Positions 1 through 9,277 of a DNA stretch of 64,000 bases are shown here, one piece after another (positions within the stretch are counted from its first letter, which is position 1; every line of letters begins with the position of its first letter). The notes below the pieces were generated by a model. The model was not told where the DNA came from, made no database searches, and worked only from the letters and a program-made list of their open reading frames with translations. The DNA comes from a candidate division WOR-3 bacterium (GTDB taxonomy: Bacteria; SDB-A): assembly GCA_016934535.1 (NCBI GenBank), contig JAFGSQ010000019.1, positions 2,342 to 66,341 of the forward strand, in the 5' to 3' direction. Position numbers and translations under genes: made by a program.

Positions 1-1
1 A

Positions 2-187
2 GCACGTATTGATCGATTTAGAGTTGTTATATTCGACTTTAAGGGAGTCGAAACAATAGGACAAGCTTTTACTGATGAGATATTTCGTGTATTTCAAAAT
101 AAACATTCCGATGTTGAACTAGTTTATATCAATGCGAATTCAACGGTATCACAGATGATAAAAAGAATAATTATTTCTAATAAGTGA
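2..187 (+). CDS. C-terminal fragment of a hypothetical protein (runs off the left edge). The frame-2 translation is ...DFKGVETIGQAFTDEIFRVFQNKHSDVELVYINANSTVSQMIKRIIISNK*, which has a STAS-like or DUF4325-like flavour.
   Basis: The open frame runs from position 2 to TGA at 185-187. The region is AT-rich and differs in composition from the rest of the window. There is no start codon inside the window. Confidence 0.3.
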   Translation, partial: ARIDRFRVVIFDFKGVETIGQAFTDEIFRVFQNKHSDVELVYINANSTVSQMIKRIIISNK

Positions 188-390
188 AAAGGTGGATATA
201 ATAATAAATTTTTTGACCAGAGTATCTTCGTTTATACGGTATAATCTTATAGGTAATATTTGTTTTAAATATTGTACAAAAAGTATTGTCTTTTTGTTAA
301 CCACCCTGTTGTTGAAATATTTTACAACATACCGATATTAAACAAGATAGGCAGAACCTCAAATATTGAAGTTCTGCCTTTTATACAAAC

Positions 391-466
391 TGGCTGCTCG
401 GGTGGGACTCGAACCCACGACCTAGTGGTTAACAGCCACCCGCTCTGCCAATTGAGCTACCGAGCA
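391..466 (-). tRNA. tRNA-Asn (anticodon GTT)
   Basis: The minus-strand sequence is TGCTCGGTAGCTCAATTGGCAGAGCGGGTGGCTGTTAACCACTAGGTCGTGGGTTCGAGTCCCACCCGAGCAGCCA. It has a 7-bp acceptor stem, a D-arm, an anticodon loop CTGTTAA with GTT at positions 34-36, a T-arm GTGGG/CCCAC with TTCGAGT loop, and an encoded CCA. Total length is 76 nt. Confidence 0.9.
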
Positions 467-528
467 GTGCAGGTTAAAATTCTATCTCATTTAATCTTTT
501 TGTCAAGAAATATCGAAAAGGCACGAGT

Positions 529-1578
529 TCAGGGAAGAATGAGCATGGCGTCCCCGTAAGAAGCGAAGCGGTAACCGCTGTCCAGCGCTTTCCTGTATGA
601 ACGCAATATGTTTTCCCTGCCGGCAAACGCCGAAACCAGGCACAAAAGAGAAGTTTTTGGAAGATGAAAATTAGTAAGTAGACCGTCAACGGTTTTGAAT
701 TCGTAAGGCGGGTATATAAAAATACTTGTCCACCCGCTCGACTTTCCTACTAATCCCCTCGATTCGGCGCAGGATTCCAAAACTCTGACTGTCGTCGTTC
801 CCACGGCGAAAATCCTCCCTCCCTTTTTTTTAGCCGTATTTATTTTTTCAGCAGCAATTTCCGGCAGTTCGTAATATTCGGCGTGCATTCTGTGTTTTTT
901 AAGGTCTTCAGAAAGATACGCGAATGTCCCGGGACCGACGTGCAGTAAAAGATAAACGGCTTCAACGCCTTTTTCCTCTAGATTTTCGAGGATTTCTTCG
1001 GTTATGTGAAGGCCGGCAGTCGGCGCGGCCACAGCTCCCGGAACGCCGGCGTAAATTGTCTGATACCTTTCTTTGTCAGAATTCTCGGCTTTTCTTTTTA
1101 TATACGGCGGAAGAGGAGTTCCGCCGATTTTGTCTATCTCTTCCCAGGAAATCTCCTTTTCAGTGATGAATCTCACTGTTCTGAAAGAACCTTCTCTTCG
1201 GGTTTCGATGAGGATTTCAGTGTCAGAGTTGTCTAATTTTATCAGGTCATTCACTCTTATTCTCTTCGACGGCTTGACAAGGGAGTTGAAAACATTTTTT
1301 TCGGAAGTTTTCTCTGTCAGAAATATCTCCGCCGCTCCGCCCGTGGCTTTTTTTCTGCCCAGAAGTCTCGCCGATACGACTTTAGTGTTGTTCATAACGA
1401 GAACGTCGCCTTTTGATAAAAATGAAGGAAGATCAGAAACCAAATAATCGCGGGATATAGAGTTTTCGGATTTAGAGACGACGAGCATTTTAGAAGCGTC
1501 TCTTTTTTCAAGAGGAAACTGGGCTATTCTTTCCGGAGGAAGCTCGTAATTGAAATCTTCGGCTTTATAGTGAACCAC
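529..1578 (-). CDS. queA: S-adenosylmethionine:tRNA ribosyltransferase-isomerase (queuosine biosynthesis)
   Basis: A 349 aa ORF. It begins MVHYKAEDFNYELPPERIAQFP and ends ...FASYGDAMLILP, which are hallmark QueA termini. Confidence 0.9.
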   Translation of the reverse strand: MVHYKAEDFNYELPPERIAQFPLEKRDASKMLVVSKSENSISRDYLVSDLPSFLSKGDVLVMNNTKVVSARLLGRKKATGGAAEIFLTEKTSEKNVFNSLVKPSKRIRVNDLIKLDNSDTEILIETRREGSFRTVRFITEKEISWEEIDKIGGTPLPPYIKRKAENSDKERYQTIYAGVPGAVAAPTAGLHITEEILENLEEKGVEAVYLLLHVGPGTFAYLSEDLKKHRMHAEYYELPEIAAEKINTAKKKGGRIFAVGTTTVRVLESCAESRGLVGKSSGWTSIFIYPPYEFKTVDGLLTNFHLPKTSLLCLVSAFAGRENILRSYRKALDSGYRFASYGDAMLILP

Positions 1579-1771
1579 TTGAAATGAATTTTTTCAGTGT
1601 TCTTCTCGCCTTGACCTTGTCTTTGACGCTGACATATACCGAGTAAATACCGTCTGCCGCTTCGGGATTTTCGACAGAAGAAGCTATCAATTCGGCGCTC
1701 AGGGCGTTCATCAGCCTGTAAGCCGGATTTCTGCCGGGGAACTCAGCAAGTTTGAAAACCTCAGTTTTCAT
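1565..1771 (-). CDS. Small hypothetical protein (about 68 aa) between ruvB and queA
   Basis: An ORF fills the 180-nt gap between the two genes, overlapping both ends. No recognisable motif was found; it may simply be an intergenic artefact. Confidence 0.2.
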   Translation of the reverse strand: MKTEVFKLAEFPGRNPAYRLMNALSAELIASSVENPEAADGIYSVYVSVKDKVKARRTLKKFISSGSL

Positions 1772-2774
1772 CGAACAATCTGCCGTCAATTTTGACTCCA
1801 ACGTAGGAATACGCCGCCGATGTGGCCATTCTGCCTCTCGGCGTTCTTTTTATCATGCCTTTTTTAATCAAAAAAGGTTCGTAAACCTCTTCAATCGTGT
1901 CGTCGCTTTCGCCGAGAGCGAGCGCGAGAGTTGAAAGGCCGACCGGCCCTCCTTCAAATTTCTTTATAATTGTTTCGAGGATGTCCCTGTCTATTTTTTC
2001 AAGTCCGAGCGAGTCAATGCCGTGGTTGTCCAGAGCCTGACAGGTTCTTTTGACTGAAATTCTGTTCTCCTTGCTCACCTGCGACCAATCTCTGACCCTC
2101 CTCAGGAGCCTGTTTGCTACTCTCGGCGTGCCGCGCGATCTTTTTGCTATTTCCACTGCCGCTTCCCTGTCAATTTCAATGCCGAGTATGGATGAAGATC
2201 TTTCGATTATAGTCGAGAGCTCCCGCACGTCGTAATAATCGAGCCTGAAAGTCATCCCGAATCTGGCCCTGAGAGGAGGCGTCAAAAGCCCGGTTCTCGT
2301 TGTAGCCCCAATCAGAGTAAAAGGTTTGAGTCTTATTTTTATAGTTCGCGCCGCAGGTCCTGAATCAATAATTATGTCCAGAGCAAAATCCTCCATCGCT
2401 GAATAAAGGTATTCCTCGACTATTTTGTTCATTCTGTGTATCTCGTCAATGAAAAGAACGTCTCTGAAAGAAAGGTTCGTCAGAATTCCGGCAAGATCTC
2501 CCGCTTTGTCAAGCACCGGCCCCGAAGTTGAAAAGAACTTCACTCCCATTTCCCTGGACACGATGTTCGCCAGAGTCGTTTTACCAAGCCCCGGAGGGCC
2601 GACAAAAAGGGTATGCTCAACCGCTTCTTCCCTGCCTTTAGCGGCGCTTATTGCAATTTTAAGGTTCTTTTTCAGGTCTTCCTGGCCCGGAAATTCTTCG
2701 AAAGTCTGCGGTCTTATAAGCTGTTCTGTCTTTCTGTCGCCTTCCTGAACTTTTGGATCGGTGTTTTCTTTCAT
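1761..2774 (-). CDS. ruvB: Holliday junction branch migration DNA helicase RuvB
   Basis: Walker A motif LFVGPPGLGKTTLANIV; AAA+ domain plus winged-helix C-terminus; 337 aa. Confidence 0.95.
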   Translation of the reverse strand: MKENTDPKVQEGDRKTEQLIRPQTFEEFPGQEDLKKNLKIAISAAKGREEAVEHTLFVGPPGLGKTTLANIVSREMGVKFFSTSGPVLDKAGDLAGILTNLSFRDVLFIDEIHRMNKIVEEYLYSAMEDFALDIIIDSGPAARTIKIRLKPFTLIGATTRTGLLTPPLRARFGMTFRLDYYDVRELSTIIERSSSILGIEIDREAAVEIAKRSRGTPRVANRLLRRVRDWSQVSKENRISVKRTCQALDNHGIDSLGLEKIDRDILETIIKKFEGGPVGLSTLALALGESDDTIEEVYEPFLIKKGMIKRTPRGRMATSAAYSYVGVKIDGRLFDEN

Positions 2775-3352
2775 ATTTTCGCCAGGCTTTTTCTAATGAG
2801 CTCTTCGACGTCTATTCCGGGTTCTTTCGAAACAACCGATGCGACGGCCTTGTACGCGGCGATTCTCGAATAACCCAGTGTAACCAACGCGTTGACGGCG
2901 TCTTCTGACGAAGAAGACTCGAATTTCGCGGTTTTTCCTCCCTGAATTTTATCTTTCAGTTCAATTATCATCCTCTGAGCGGTTTTTTTCCCGATTCCTT
3001 TGAGCGTCTCCAGAAAACCGAGTTCTTCTGAACCAATGGCTTCTCTCAATCTGTCGGGATTGGATGCCGAAAGCATGGAAAGTGCCATCTTTGGACCGAT
3101 TCCTTTTACTGTAGTCAGGAGAGAAAACAACTCTCTTTCATTTTGTGAAAAAAAACCGTACATCTCTATGTTCTCCCTGCCCTGCGAGGCCGAGAAGCAC
3201 AGTTTTGTCCACAAAAAGGCTTCCGATCCCTCTTCCGGAAGGCTTTCAAATGAAGTGACTGAGGTAAGGACTTTGTATCCGATGCCCTGTATTTCAAGAA
3301 CAGCGAAAGCAGGAGTCTTTTTTAGGAGCTTCCCCTTTAAAAATTCAATCAC
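2771..3352 (-). CDS. ruvA: Holliday junction DNA helicase RuvA
   Basis: Starts MIEFLKGKL...; helix-hairpin-helix region GIGKKTAQRMIIELK; 193 aa. It overlaps ruvB and ruvC by 4-8 nt. Confidence 0.9.
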   Translation of the reverse strand: MIEFLKGKLLKKTPAFAVLEIQGIGYKVLTSVTSFESLPEEGSEAFLWTKLCFSASQGRENIEMYGFFSQNERELFSLLTTVKGIGPKMALSMLSASNPDRLREAIGSEELGFLETLKGIGKKTAQRMIIELKDKIQGGKTAKFESSSSEDAVNALVTLGYSRIAAYKAVASVVSKEPGIDVEELIRKSLAKI

Positions 3353-3824
3353 TGCAAAAAGACCTCTTGTTTATGTGAGTCAAAGCGATTGCTATGGCGT
3401 CGAATACGTCAAAAGCATATTCGTCTATTTCGCCTAAAATGCTTTTCACCATGTACTTGACCTGTTCTTTTCCGGCGTTTCCGTTTCCAGTGAGCGATTT
3501 TTTTATCTCCCGAGGGCTGTATTCGAAAACGCTTATTTTCTTCTCAGCAAAAAGCTCGAATATCACTCCCCTCGCGTGTGACATCATCATGGACGAACGA
3601 AAATTTTTTGACAGGAAAACAGTTTCGCACGCGGCTTCAGTGACTTTCGATCCGTCAATTACAGTTGACAAACCCTCCCGTATCAGTCTGAGCCTGTTAC
3701 CCAGGGAATCGTCAGGTTTCGTTCTTATCATGCCGCAATTTTCCAGTCCGAGTCTGTTTCCGTCAGAAAAAACGAGACCGTAACCCGTAACGGTGAGACC
3801 GGGGTCTATCCCCATGACAATCAC
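3345..3824 (-). CDS. ruvC: Crossover junction endodeoxyribonuclease RuvC
   Basis: N-terminus MIVMGIDPGLTVTGYGLV, an RNase H-like fold signature; 159 aa. Confidence 0.9.
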   Translation of the reverse strand: MIVMGIDPGLTVTGYGLVFSDGNRLGLENCGMIRTKPDDSLGNRLRLIREGLSTVIDGSKVTEAACETVFLSKNFRSSMMMSHARGVIFELFAEKKISVFEYSPREIKKSLTGNGNAGKEQVKYMVKSILGEIDEYAFDVFDAIAIALTHINKRSFCSD

Positions 3825-4573
3825 TGATTTTCCAGCGCTCCGAGAATCTCGTCAGATATGTCGAAATTGGCGTGGACGTTTTGAACGTCGTCCTGATCTT
3901 CAATACTGTCCATGAATTTCAAGATTTTTTGAGCTTTTTCCTGATTCGGGATTTTTACGGGATTGTCAGAAATCCATGCTATTTTTGCCGACAATACGCG
4001 GAATGTTTTATCAATTTTTTCCCTGACGGAATTGAAACTCTCGAACGAGGTGTATATGAAATACGAGTTTTCAGCGGGTTGAAAATCTTCGGCTCCCGCG
4101 TCGAGAGCCGCCTCCATGGTTTTGTCCTCGTCCAGACCCGAAGAATCTATTTCAATTATCCCTTTTCTGACAAACATCCATGCGACGCAGTTCGGCGAAC
4201 CTAGGTTTCCGCCGTATTTTGTAAACAGGTGCTTCAGTTCGGAAGATGTCCTGTTTTTATTGTCTGTGGCAGTTTCTACAAGGACCGCGACTCCCTCAGG
4301 TCCGTATCCTTCATACAAGACCTCTTCATACACCACACCGGGCATTTCGCCAGTTCCTTTTTTTATTGCCCTGTCAATATTGTCCTGGGGCATGTTCGCG
4401 CTTTTCGCCGCGATGACGGCCGTTCTCAGTCTGGCGTTGCCGTTCTGATCGCCGCCGCCTTCTCTTGCCGCCAGAGTTATTTCCTTTATCAGTTTTGTAA
4501 AAATCTTGCCCTTCTTGGCATCGATTTTTTCTTTTTTCCTCTTTATCGTGCTCCACTTGGAATGCCCGGACAT
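3821..4573 (-). CDS. yebC: YebC/PmpR-family transcriptional regulator
   Basis: The internal start MSGHSKWSTIKRKKEKIDAKKGKIFTKLIKEI is the canonical YebC N-terminus. The ORF-track start at 4645 adds 24 implausible residues. Confidence 0.85.
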   Translation of the reverse strand: MSGHSKWSTIKRKKEKIDAKKGKIFTKLIKEITLAAREGGGDQNGNARLRTAVIAAKSANMPQDNIDRAIKKGTGEMPGVVYEEVLYEGYGPEGVAVLVETATDNKNRTSSELKHLFTKYGGNLGSPNCVAWMFVRKGIIEIDSSGLDEDKTMEAALDAGAEDFQPAENSYFIYTSFESFNSVREKIDKTFRVLSAKIAWISDNPVKIPNQEKAQKILKFMDSIEDQDDVQNVHANFDISDEILGALENQ

Positions 4574-4575
4574 CG

Positions 4576-5178
4576 TCACCTCCTTAAAATCTCTTCTCCG
4601 GTTTTTGGATTTAGAAGCGGAACATTGGCCGCACACTGGGGACATTCTTCGGGCGCGTAATCTTCGCCCTGGGCGCTGTGAAGAGCTAATATCGGGGATT
4701 CGGAAGTTTTGTTTTTTCTCCTGTCAATCATTACTGCGTTGAGAACAATTATTCCGCCGGCATTTATTACCGCTTTCTCAGCCGCCTGGATCGATTTTCC
4801 AGTCGTCAGGACATCGTCAACTATTACAGTTCTCGCTCCCTGAGGTATTTTCATGCCCCTCAGAAGGCAGAATTCATCACCATTCTTCTCAAGATACACA
4901 CAGCCCAAACGGAGTGTTTTTGCAACTTCGAATGCGAGTATCATTCCTCCCGTCGCGGGACCGCAAACAATGTCAATGTCTCCTGAATGTTCTTTTATTA
5001 TCATCTCGGCGATCCTTCTGCACAGGATCGAGGTCATCTCTGGTTTTTCGAGAATCCTGAATTTTTCAAAATAAAATGAAGAATGCCTTCCCGAAGTCAG
5101 AACGAAGTGACCCTTTTTAACAACACCGAGATCGCGCAGAATCTCTTCGGTGCTCTTTTCAATGTTCTCTTTGATCAA
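4576..5178 (-). CDS. pyrE: Orotate phosphoribosyltransferase
   Basis: PRTase motif VIVDDVLTTGKS. A TTG start at 5178 lies 8 nt after an AAAGGAG RBS and overlaps the pyrF stop (TTGA). The upstream 80 codons of the track ORF lie inside pyrF. The C-terminus carries a CPQC tail. Confidence 0.8.
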   Translation of the reverse strand: MIKENIEKSTEEILRDLGVVKKGHFVLTSGRHSSFYFEKFRILEKPEMTSILCRRIAEMIIKEHSGDIDIVCGPATGGMILAFEVAKTLRLGCVYLEKNGDEFCLLRGMKIPQGARTVIVDDVLTTGKSIQAAEKAVINAGGIIVLNAVMIDRRKNKTSESPILALHSAQGEDYAPEECPQCAANVPLLNPKTGEEILRR

Positions 5179-5855
5179 TTCAAAATCTCCTTTATGCTTT
5201 CTACGAACGCGCGCGGATCGGGCGACTTGATTACGGGTCTTCCCATGACAATGCCGTTCACTTTGGCAAGTTTTGCTTCTTTTGGCCCGTAGGCTCTGCG
5301 CTGATCGTCGGAAGTTTCCGTCAATCTTATTCCGGGAGTTATTATAAGAAAATCTTCGCCGTGGCGTTCCCGCAAAAAGGCAGCTTCTCCCACCGAACAA
5401 ACAACGCCGTCCGCGCCGGATTCCCGGGCGGCATCAGAAAGCTTCAAAGCGTGCTCTTTAATATTCCCTGTTCCGGAAAAGCACTCTTTGAAAGATTTAT
5501 CGTCAATACTCGTCAAAATTGTAATAGCGAGAAGCTTTGTCTTCGATCCCGAAATCGCTTCAGAAGCGACCCTGATCATCTCTCTGCCGCCGGAAGAATG
5601 AGCCGTCAGATATTTTACTCCAAAAGCCGCGGCTGCCTCCGCCGCTTTTCCGACGGTGTTCGGTATGTCGTGAAGTTTTAAGTCGAGAAAAACTTTCTTT
5701 TTCTGCGAAATAAATTTTTTGACCGCATCGGGACCTTCACGGCTGAAAAGCTGAAGCCCGACTTTGTAAACATCGACGGAATCGTCCAAAACTCCGACCC
5801 ATTTTTCAGCTTCTTGTAAACTGTCAAAATCCAGCGGAAATATGAATTCGATCAT
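5175..5855 (-). CDS. pyrF: Orotidine 5'-phosphate decarboxylase
   Basis: Contains DLKLHDIPNTVG and the LTAHSSGG motif; 226 aa. Confidence 0.85.
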   Translation of the reverse strand: MIEFIFPLDFDSLQEAEKWVGVLDDSVDVYKVGLQLFSREGPDAVKKFISQKKKVFLDLKLHDIPNTVGKAAEAAAAFGVKYLTAHSSGGREMIRVASEAISGSKTKLLAITILTSIDDKSFKECFSGTGNIKEHALKLSDAARESGADGVVCSVGEAAFLRERHGEDFLIITPGIRLTETSDDQRRAYGPKEAKLAKVNGIVMGRPVIKSPDPRAFVESIKEILN

Positions 5856-6313
5856 CTAAGAATCTCAATTTTGACTCTGCCTTTGGAAAGCAGGTCGATT
5901 CTCCTAGCTGACTCGTAACTGAGATCGATTATTATACTCTCGTCCACAGGTCCTCTGTCGTTGATTCTGACGACGACGCTCTTTGAATTTTCCAAGTTGG
6001 TCACTCTCACCAAAGTTCCGAAAGGAAGGGTTCTGTGGGCGGCCGTTAAAGCGTACATGTTGAAAGTTTCGCCGCTCGCCGTCCTTTTACCGTGAAAAGC
6101 TTCTCCGTAGTAAGTCGCGTATCCGGTCGTCGAATTGTCTGTGTCCGTTCTGTCATTTTGACCGGAAGACGTGTCCCTGTCGTCTGTTTCAACATGCTGA
6201 TTTAATCCGTTTTCCCTGTTTATATGCGTTGTCGACGAATTGAACATGGCGGTCGCGCATCCGGCCGCCGCAAGCACTGAGGCAACGAGTGTGAAAATTA
6301 TGATTTTATTCAT
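5852..6313 (-). CDS. rlpA: RlpA-like lipoprotein with a double-psi beta-barrel domain (septal ring lytic transglycosylase family)
   Basis: Signal peptide MNKIIIFTLVASVLAAAGC, followed by the DPBB motif GYATYYGEAFHGKRTASGETF...VRINDRGP. Confidence 0.75.
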   Translation of the reverse strand: MNKIIIFTLVASVLAAAGCATAMFNSSTTHINRENGLNQHVETDDRDTSSGQNDRTDTDNSTTGYATYYGEAFHGKRTASGETFNMYALTAAHRTLPFGTLVRVTNLENSKSVVVRINDRGPVDESIIIDLSYESARRIDLLSKGRVKIEILR

Positions 6314-7214
6314 GTTCCAATTTTATATCATTTAACGATTTTAATCCATGTCTTGAACAGTATTTTTTCAATCCATTAAAAATTTTTTTAGGAGAATCAG
6401 GATCTGAAAACAAAACTGTTCCAAGGGATATGGCGTCGACTCCGGCGAGAAAAAACTCGACCGCGTCATTGTAATCCGTGATGCCTCCGCCGCCTATTAT
6501 CGGAAGTGAAGTTGATTGCCTCAGACAATAAACGGCATAGAGCGCGAGCGGTTTTATGGCAGGTCCGCTAAGTCCGCCGGTTTTGTTGCCTATGGCAAAA
6601 GTTCTTTTTTCAGTGTCGAATAGCATTGCGGGAAAAGTATTTACAAAAGACAACGCGTCAATGCCGGTGTCTTCAGCCGTCCTGGCTATCTGAGTGTACG
6701 CGTCGCCCTGGGGAGTGAGTTTGAGTATGAGAGGTTTTTCAGTGGCTTTTCTCACTGAGTCAATCAACTGTTTCGCGGACTCTTTGTCTTTTCCGAAAGA
6801 AATGCCGCCTTTTTTAACGTTCGGACAGCTGATATTTATCTCAAAAGCCGCAACTGTTTCGCTTTCGTTCAGTTTCTCAACGACTTCGACATAATCTTCA
6901 GTTTCTTCGCCGGCGACGTTGACTACTATTTTGACAGGAAAATCCTTGAGTCCGGGAAGAATTTCATTTCTGAAAATTTCCAGGCCCGGGTTGGCAAGAC
7001 CTATTGAGTTGACAAGTCCGGAATGACATACTGCAAGCCTCGGAGGGGGATTTCCCTCTCTCGGTTCTGGGGTCACTGCTTTCGTGATTACGGCTCCGAC
7101 GAATGAAAAATCAGTCAAACCTTCCAGTTCAGGTCCGTTGCCTGCCGTGCCTGAAGCCAAAAATACAGGTGGACTGAATTTTACTCCCCTCAGCAACAGG
7201 GCCGATTCTTTCAA
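6306..7214 (-). CDS. pyrD: Dihydroorotate dehydrogenase catalytic subunit (class 1B)
   Basis: Contains NSIGLANPGLE and the TIM-barrel DHOD motifs; 302 aa. Confidence 0.9.
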   Translation of the reverse strand: MKESALLLRGVKFSPPVFLASGTAGNGPELEGLTDFSFVGAVITKAVTPEPREGNPPPRLAVCHSGLVNSIGLANPGLEIFRNEILPGLKDFPVKIVVNVAGEETEDYVEVVEKLNESETVAAFEINISCPNVKKGGISFGKDKESAKQLIDSVRKATEKPLILKLTPQGDAYTQIARTAEDTGIDALSFVNTFPAMLFDTEKRTFAIGNKTGGLSGPAIKPLALYAVYCLRQSTSLPIIGGGGITDYNDAVEFFLAGVDAISLGTVLFSDPDSPKKIFNGLKKYCSRHGLKSLNDIKLEHE

Positions 7215-7945
7215 TTCAGATCCTCTAGCCTGAAAACAGGCCCTTCAGCACAGACTTTTTTGCGCTCTTTCAGAAGAGGGGACACACAACCGGCGCATGC
7301 TCCTATTCCGCATACCATGTATGCTTCAAGACAAAAATAGGAATCTATTTTCTTTTCTCTGCAGATTCCGGCCAGTTTTTCGAGCATGACCGGGGGTCCG
7401 CACGCGAAAACAATTTCCTCAGGATTTCTGTATTTACTAAAATTATCCGTCACGAGGCCTTTTCCTCCCTGGCTTCCGTCTTCCGTTACAACGAGAGTTT
7501 TCCCTGGCGGCAGGTTATAACCTGGAACGGACATTGAATTTTTGGCCCCTACAAGATACCTCGCGTTAAAACCACAGCTTTCGAAAACTGCCAGAGGGGC
7601 GCATCCAATACCTCCTCCGACAGCCAGGATTTTCTGTCCGCGATCAGGATTGAAACCGTTGCCCAGGGGTCCAGTCAAGTCGGCGGTTTTCCCCTCCTCA
7701 AGACGCGCGAGAGATGCACTGAAGGCTCCTCTTTCTTCGACGAGAAACTCTATCTGTTCGCCGGAATACCTGTGAACAGAAAACGGATGCCTGAATCCGA
7801 AGTTTTCATCGATTTTTATCATAAAAAAATGCCCGGGAAGGATCTGAGTCAGACCTTGCATTTCGAAAACGAGATGCCAGGTTTTTTCCGACGCTCTATT
7901 TTTATTCTTCAGTACCGCTCGTGTCCGCATATCCGAGTTTTCCAA
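7211..7945 (-). CDS. pyrK: Dihydroorotate dehydrogenase electron-transfer subunit
   Basis: FAD/NAD-binding fold plus the C-terminal Fe-S motif CGIGACAGC; overlaps pyrD by 4 nt. Confidence 0.85.
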   Translation of the reverse strand: MENSDMRTRAVLKNKNRASEKTWHLVFEMQGLTQILPGHFFMIKIDENFGFRHPFSVHRYSGEQIEFLVEERGAFSASLARLEEGKTADLTGPLGNGFNPDRGQKILAVGGGIGCAPLAVFESCGFNARYLVGAKNSMSVPGYNLPPGKTLVVTEDGSQGGKGLVTDNFSKYRNPEEIVFACGPPVMLEKLAGICREKKIDSYFCLEAYMVCGIGACAGCVSPLLKERKKVCAEGPVFRLEDLN

Positions 7946-9149
7946 AAGCGTATTGAGAATAATCGGTTGACGGAAAAAACTCGATCACAGATCTGTATAT
8001 CGAATCCGATTTTGAATAATCCCCTTTTTCTCTCAGGATATTCGCATACATAAGCAGGGCTTTCGGATAATATTCGGATTCAGGATAATTGACAATGATG
8101 CCCAAAAATTTCTGTTCGCCTATTTCGGAATTGTTGAGTTCGAAGTTGTAAAGCTCTGCGAGAAAAAATTCTATTTTGTCTTTTCCTTCGCCCGTCATTG
8201 TCTCCGCCTGAGCTTCGTAAACGAAAATCCTTTCGAGTGAAAGAGCTCTTCTCATCGAGAGTGAAGCCGTCAGATCATCAGGATTCGAAAGCCTCGCCTG
8301 ATCATAAAGCTCCTTGGCTTTTGCAAGATCGAAAAGGTCTTCTTCGTATATTTCCGCCGAAAGGTACAACGCCTTGGCGGCTTCTCTTGTCCTGGCGTAT
8401 GTTTTTACAATTTCGTCGTACATAGAAATTGCCTGCTGATATTCGCCTTTTTCTCTAAGGCATTGCGCAATTTCAATCGCAACTTCAGCGTCGTTCGAAC
8501 CTGTCGTCATGCGCGATCTGAGAGATTGGAGAACTTCTATCGCTTCGTCGGTTCTGTCGAGGTGTCTCAGCGCCTGGGCGAATCTCAAATTTGTCCTGTA
8601 GTAAAGAGGAAAATTCTTTTCGTCAAGAACTTCGTGTATCTGCTGTTGCAAAAGAAACAACTGGGTCCAGTCCTCATTTTTAAAATATATTTCCGATTCT
8701 TCAAGAAGAACGGGCAGGTAAAAAGAGCTTCTTGGATATTTATCCTTGAACTCAGAAATCTTCGAAACTGCTATAGAATGTTCTCCCGACAAAACGTAAA
8801 CTTTTATCTCGTTGTAAAGCGCTTCGGGCATAACATGCCTGTCTCCGGTCATGTATGCCTTGATAAAATAACTGAGCGCGTTTTCGTACTCGCCTTTCAG
8901 CGTGTAAGCCACACCAGTCTTCAGAAGCGCCATCGCGTGAAAAGAACTGCCGGGATAGAATTGCACGATTTCCTGGAATTTCCTTATGGCCATCTGATAC
9001 TCGCCTTTGAGCAGAAATGCATTTCCCATCATGTAAAGCGCGTCATCAACGAACGGACTTGAGGAATTGTACTTCACTATTTTTCCGCATCTTATTATCG
9101 CCGAATCGAGTTCAATGATACCCACAAGGAGGGTGTCTCTGCCTGACAA
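7902..9149 (-). CDS. TPR-repeat protein. The true start is probably further upstream (to about 9293), and the product is probably a lipoprotein.
   Basis: Multiple TPR motifs. The first canonical start is TTG at 9149, but the same frame stays open back to 9319 and encodes KERIIKLSAVLVFSAVFFSCGY, a lipoprotein signal peptide. See the finding for 9150-9293. Confidence 0.6.
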   Translation of the reverse strand: MSGRDTLLVGIIELDSAIIRCGKIVKYNSSSPFVDDALYMMGNAFLLKGEYQMAIRKFQEIVQFYPGSSFHAMALLKTGVAYTLKGEYENALSYFIKAYMTGDRHVMPEALYNEIKVYVLSGEHSIAVSKISEFKDKYPRSSFYLPVLLEESEIYFKNEDWTQLFLLQQQIHEVLDEKNFPLYYRTNLRFAQALRHLDRTDEAIEVLQSLRSRMTTGSNDAEVAIEIAQCLREKGEYQQAISMYDEIVKTYARTREAAKALYLSAEIYEEDLFDLAKAKELYDQARLSNPDDLTASLSMRRALSLERIFVYEAQAETMTGEGKDKIEFFLAELYNFELNNSEIGEQKFLGIIVNYPESEYYPKALLMYANILREKGDYSKSDSIYRSVIEFFPSTDYSQYAFGKLGYADTSGTEE

Positions 9150-9277
9150 AGCGGCGCTTTGTCTAAGTCTCAGCGCCGCACCGTAGTATTTCTTCGCGTT
9201 GTAGTACGTGTTGAAATAAGCCCTGTAGCCGCAGGAAAAAAAGACGGCTGAAAAAACAAGAACAGCTGACAGTTTTA

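Noticed and set aside
213-245. A TTGACC ... TATAAT pair that could be a promoter near the left edge
   Set aside because: The spacer is 21 nt, too long for a sigma70 promoter. There is no clear downstream gene on that strand.
4374-4556. An arginine-rich 60 aa minus-strand ORF (KRRRRRSERQRQ...) inside yebC
   Set aside because: It is fully embedded in the well-supported yebC coding region in another frame. Low-complexity basic stretches are typical of out-of-frame translation.
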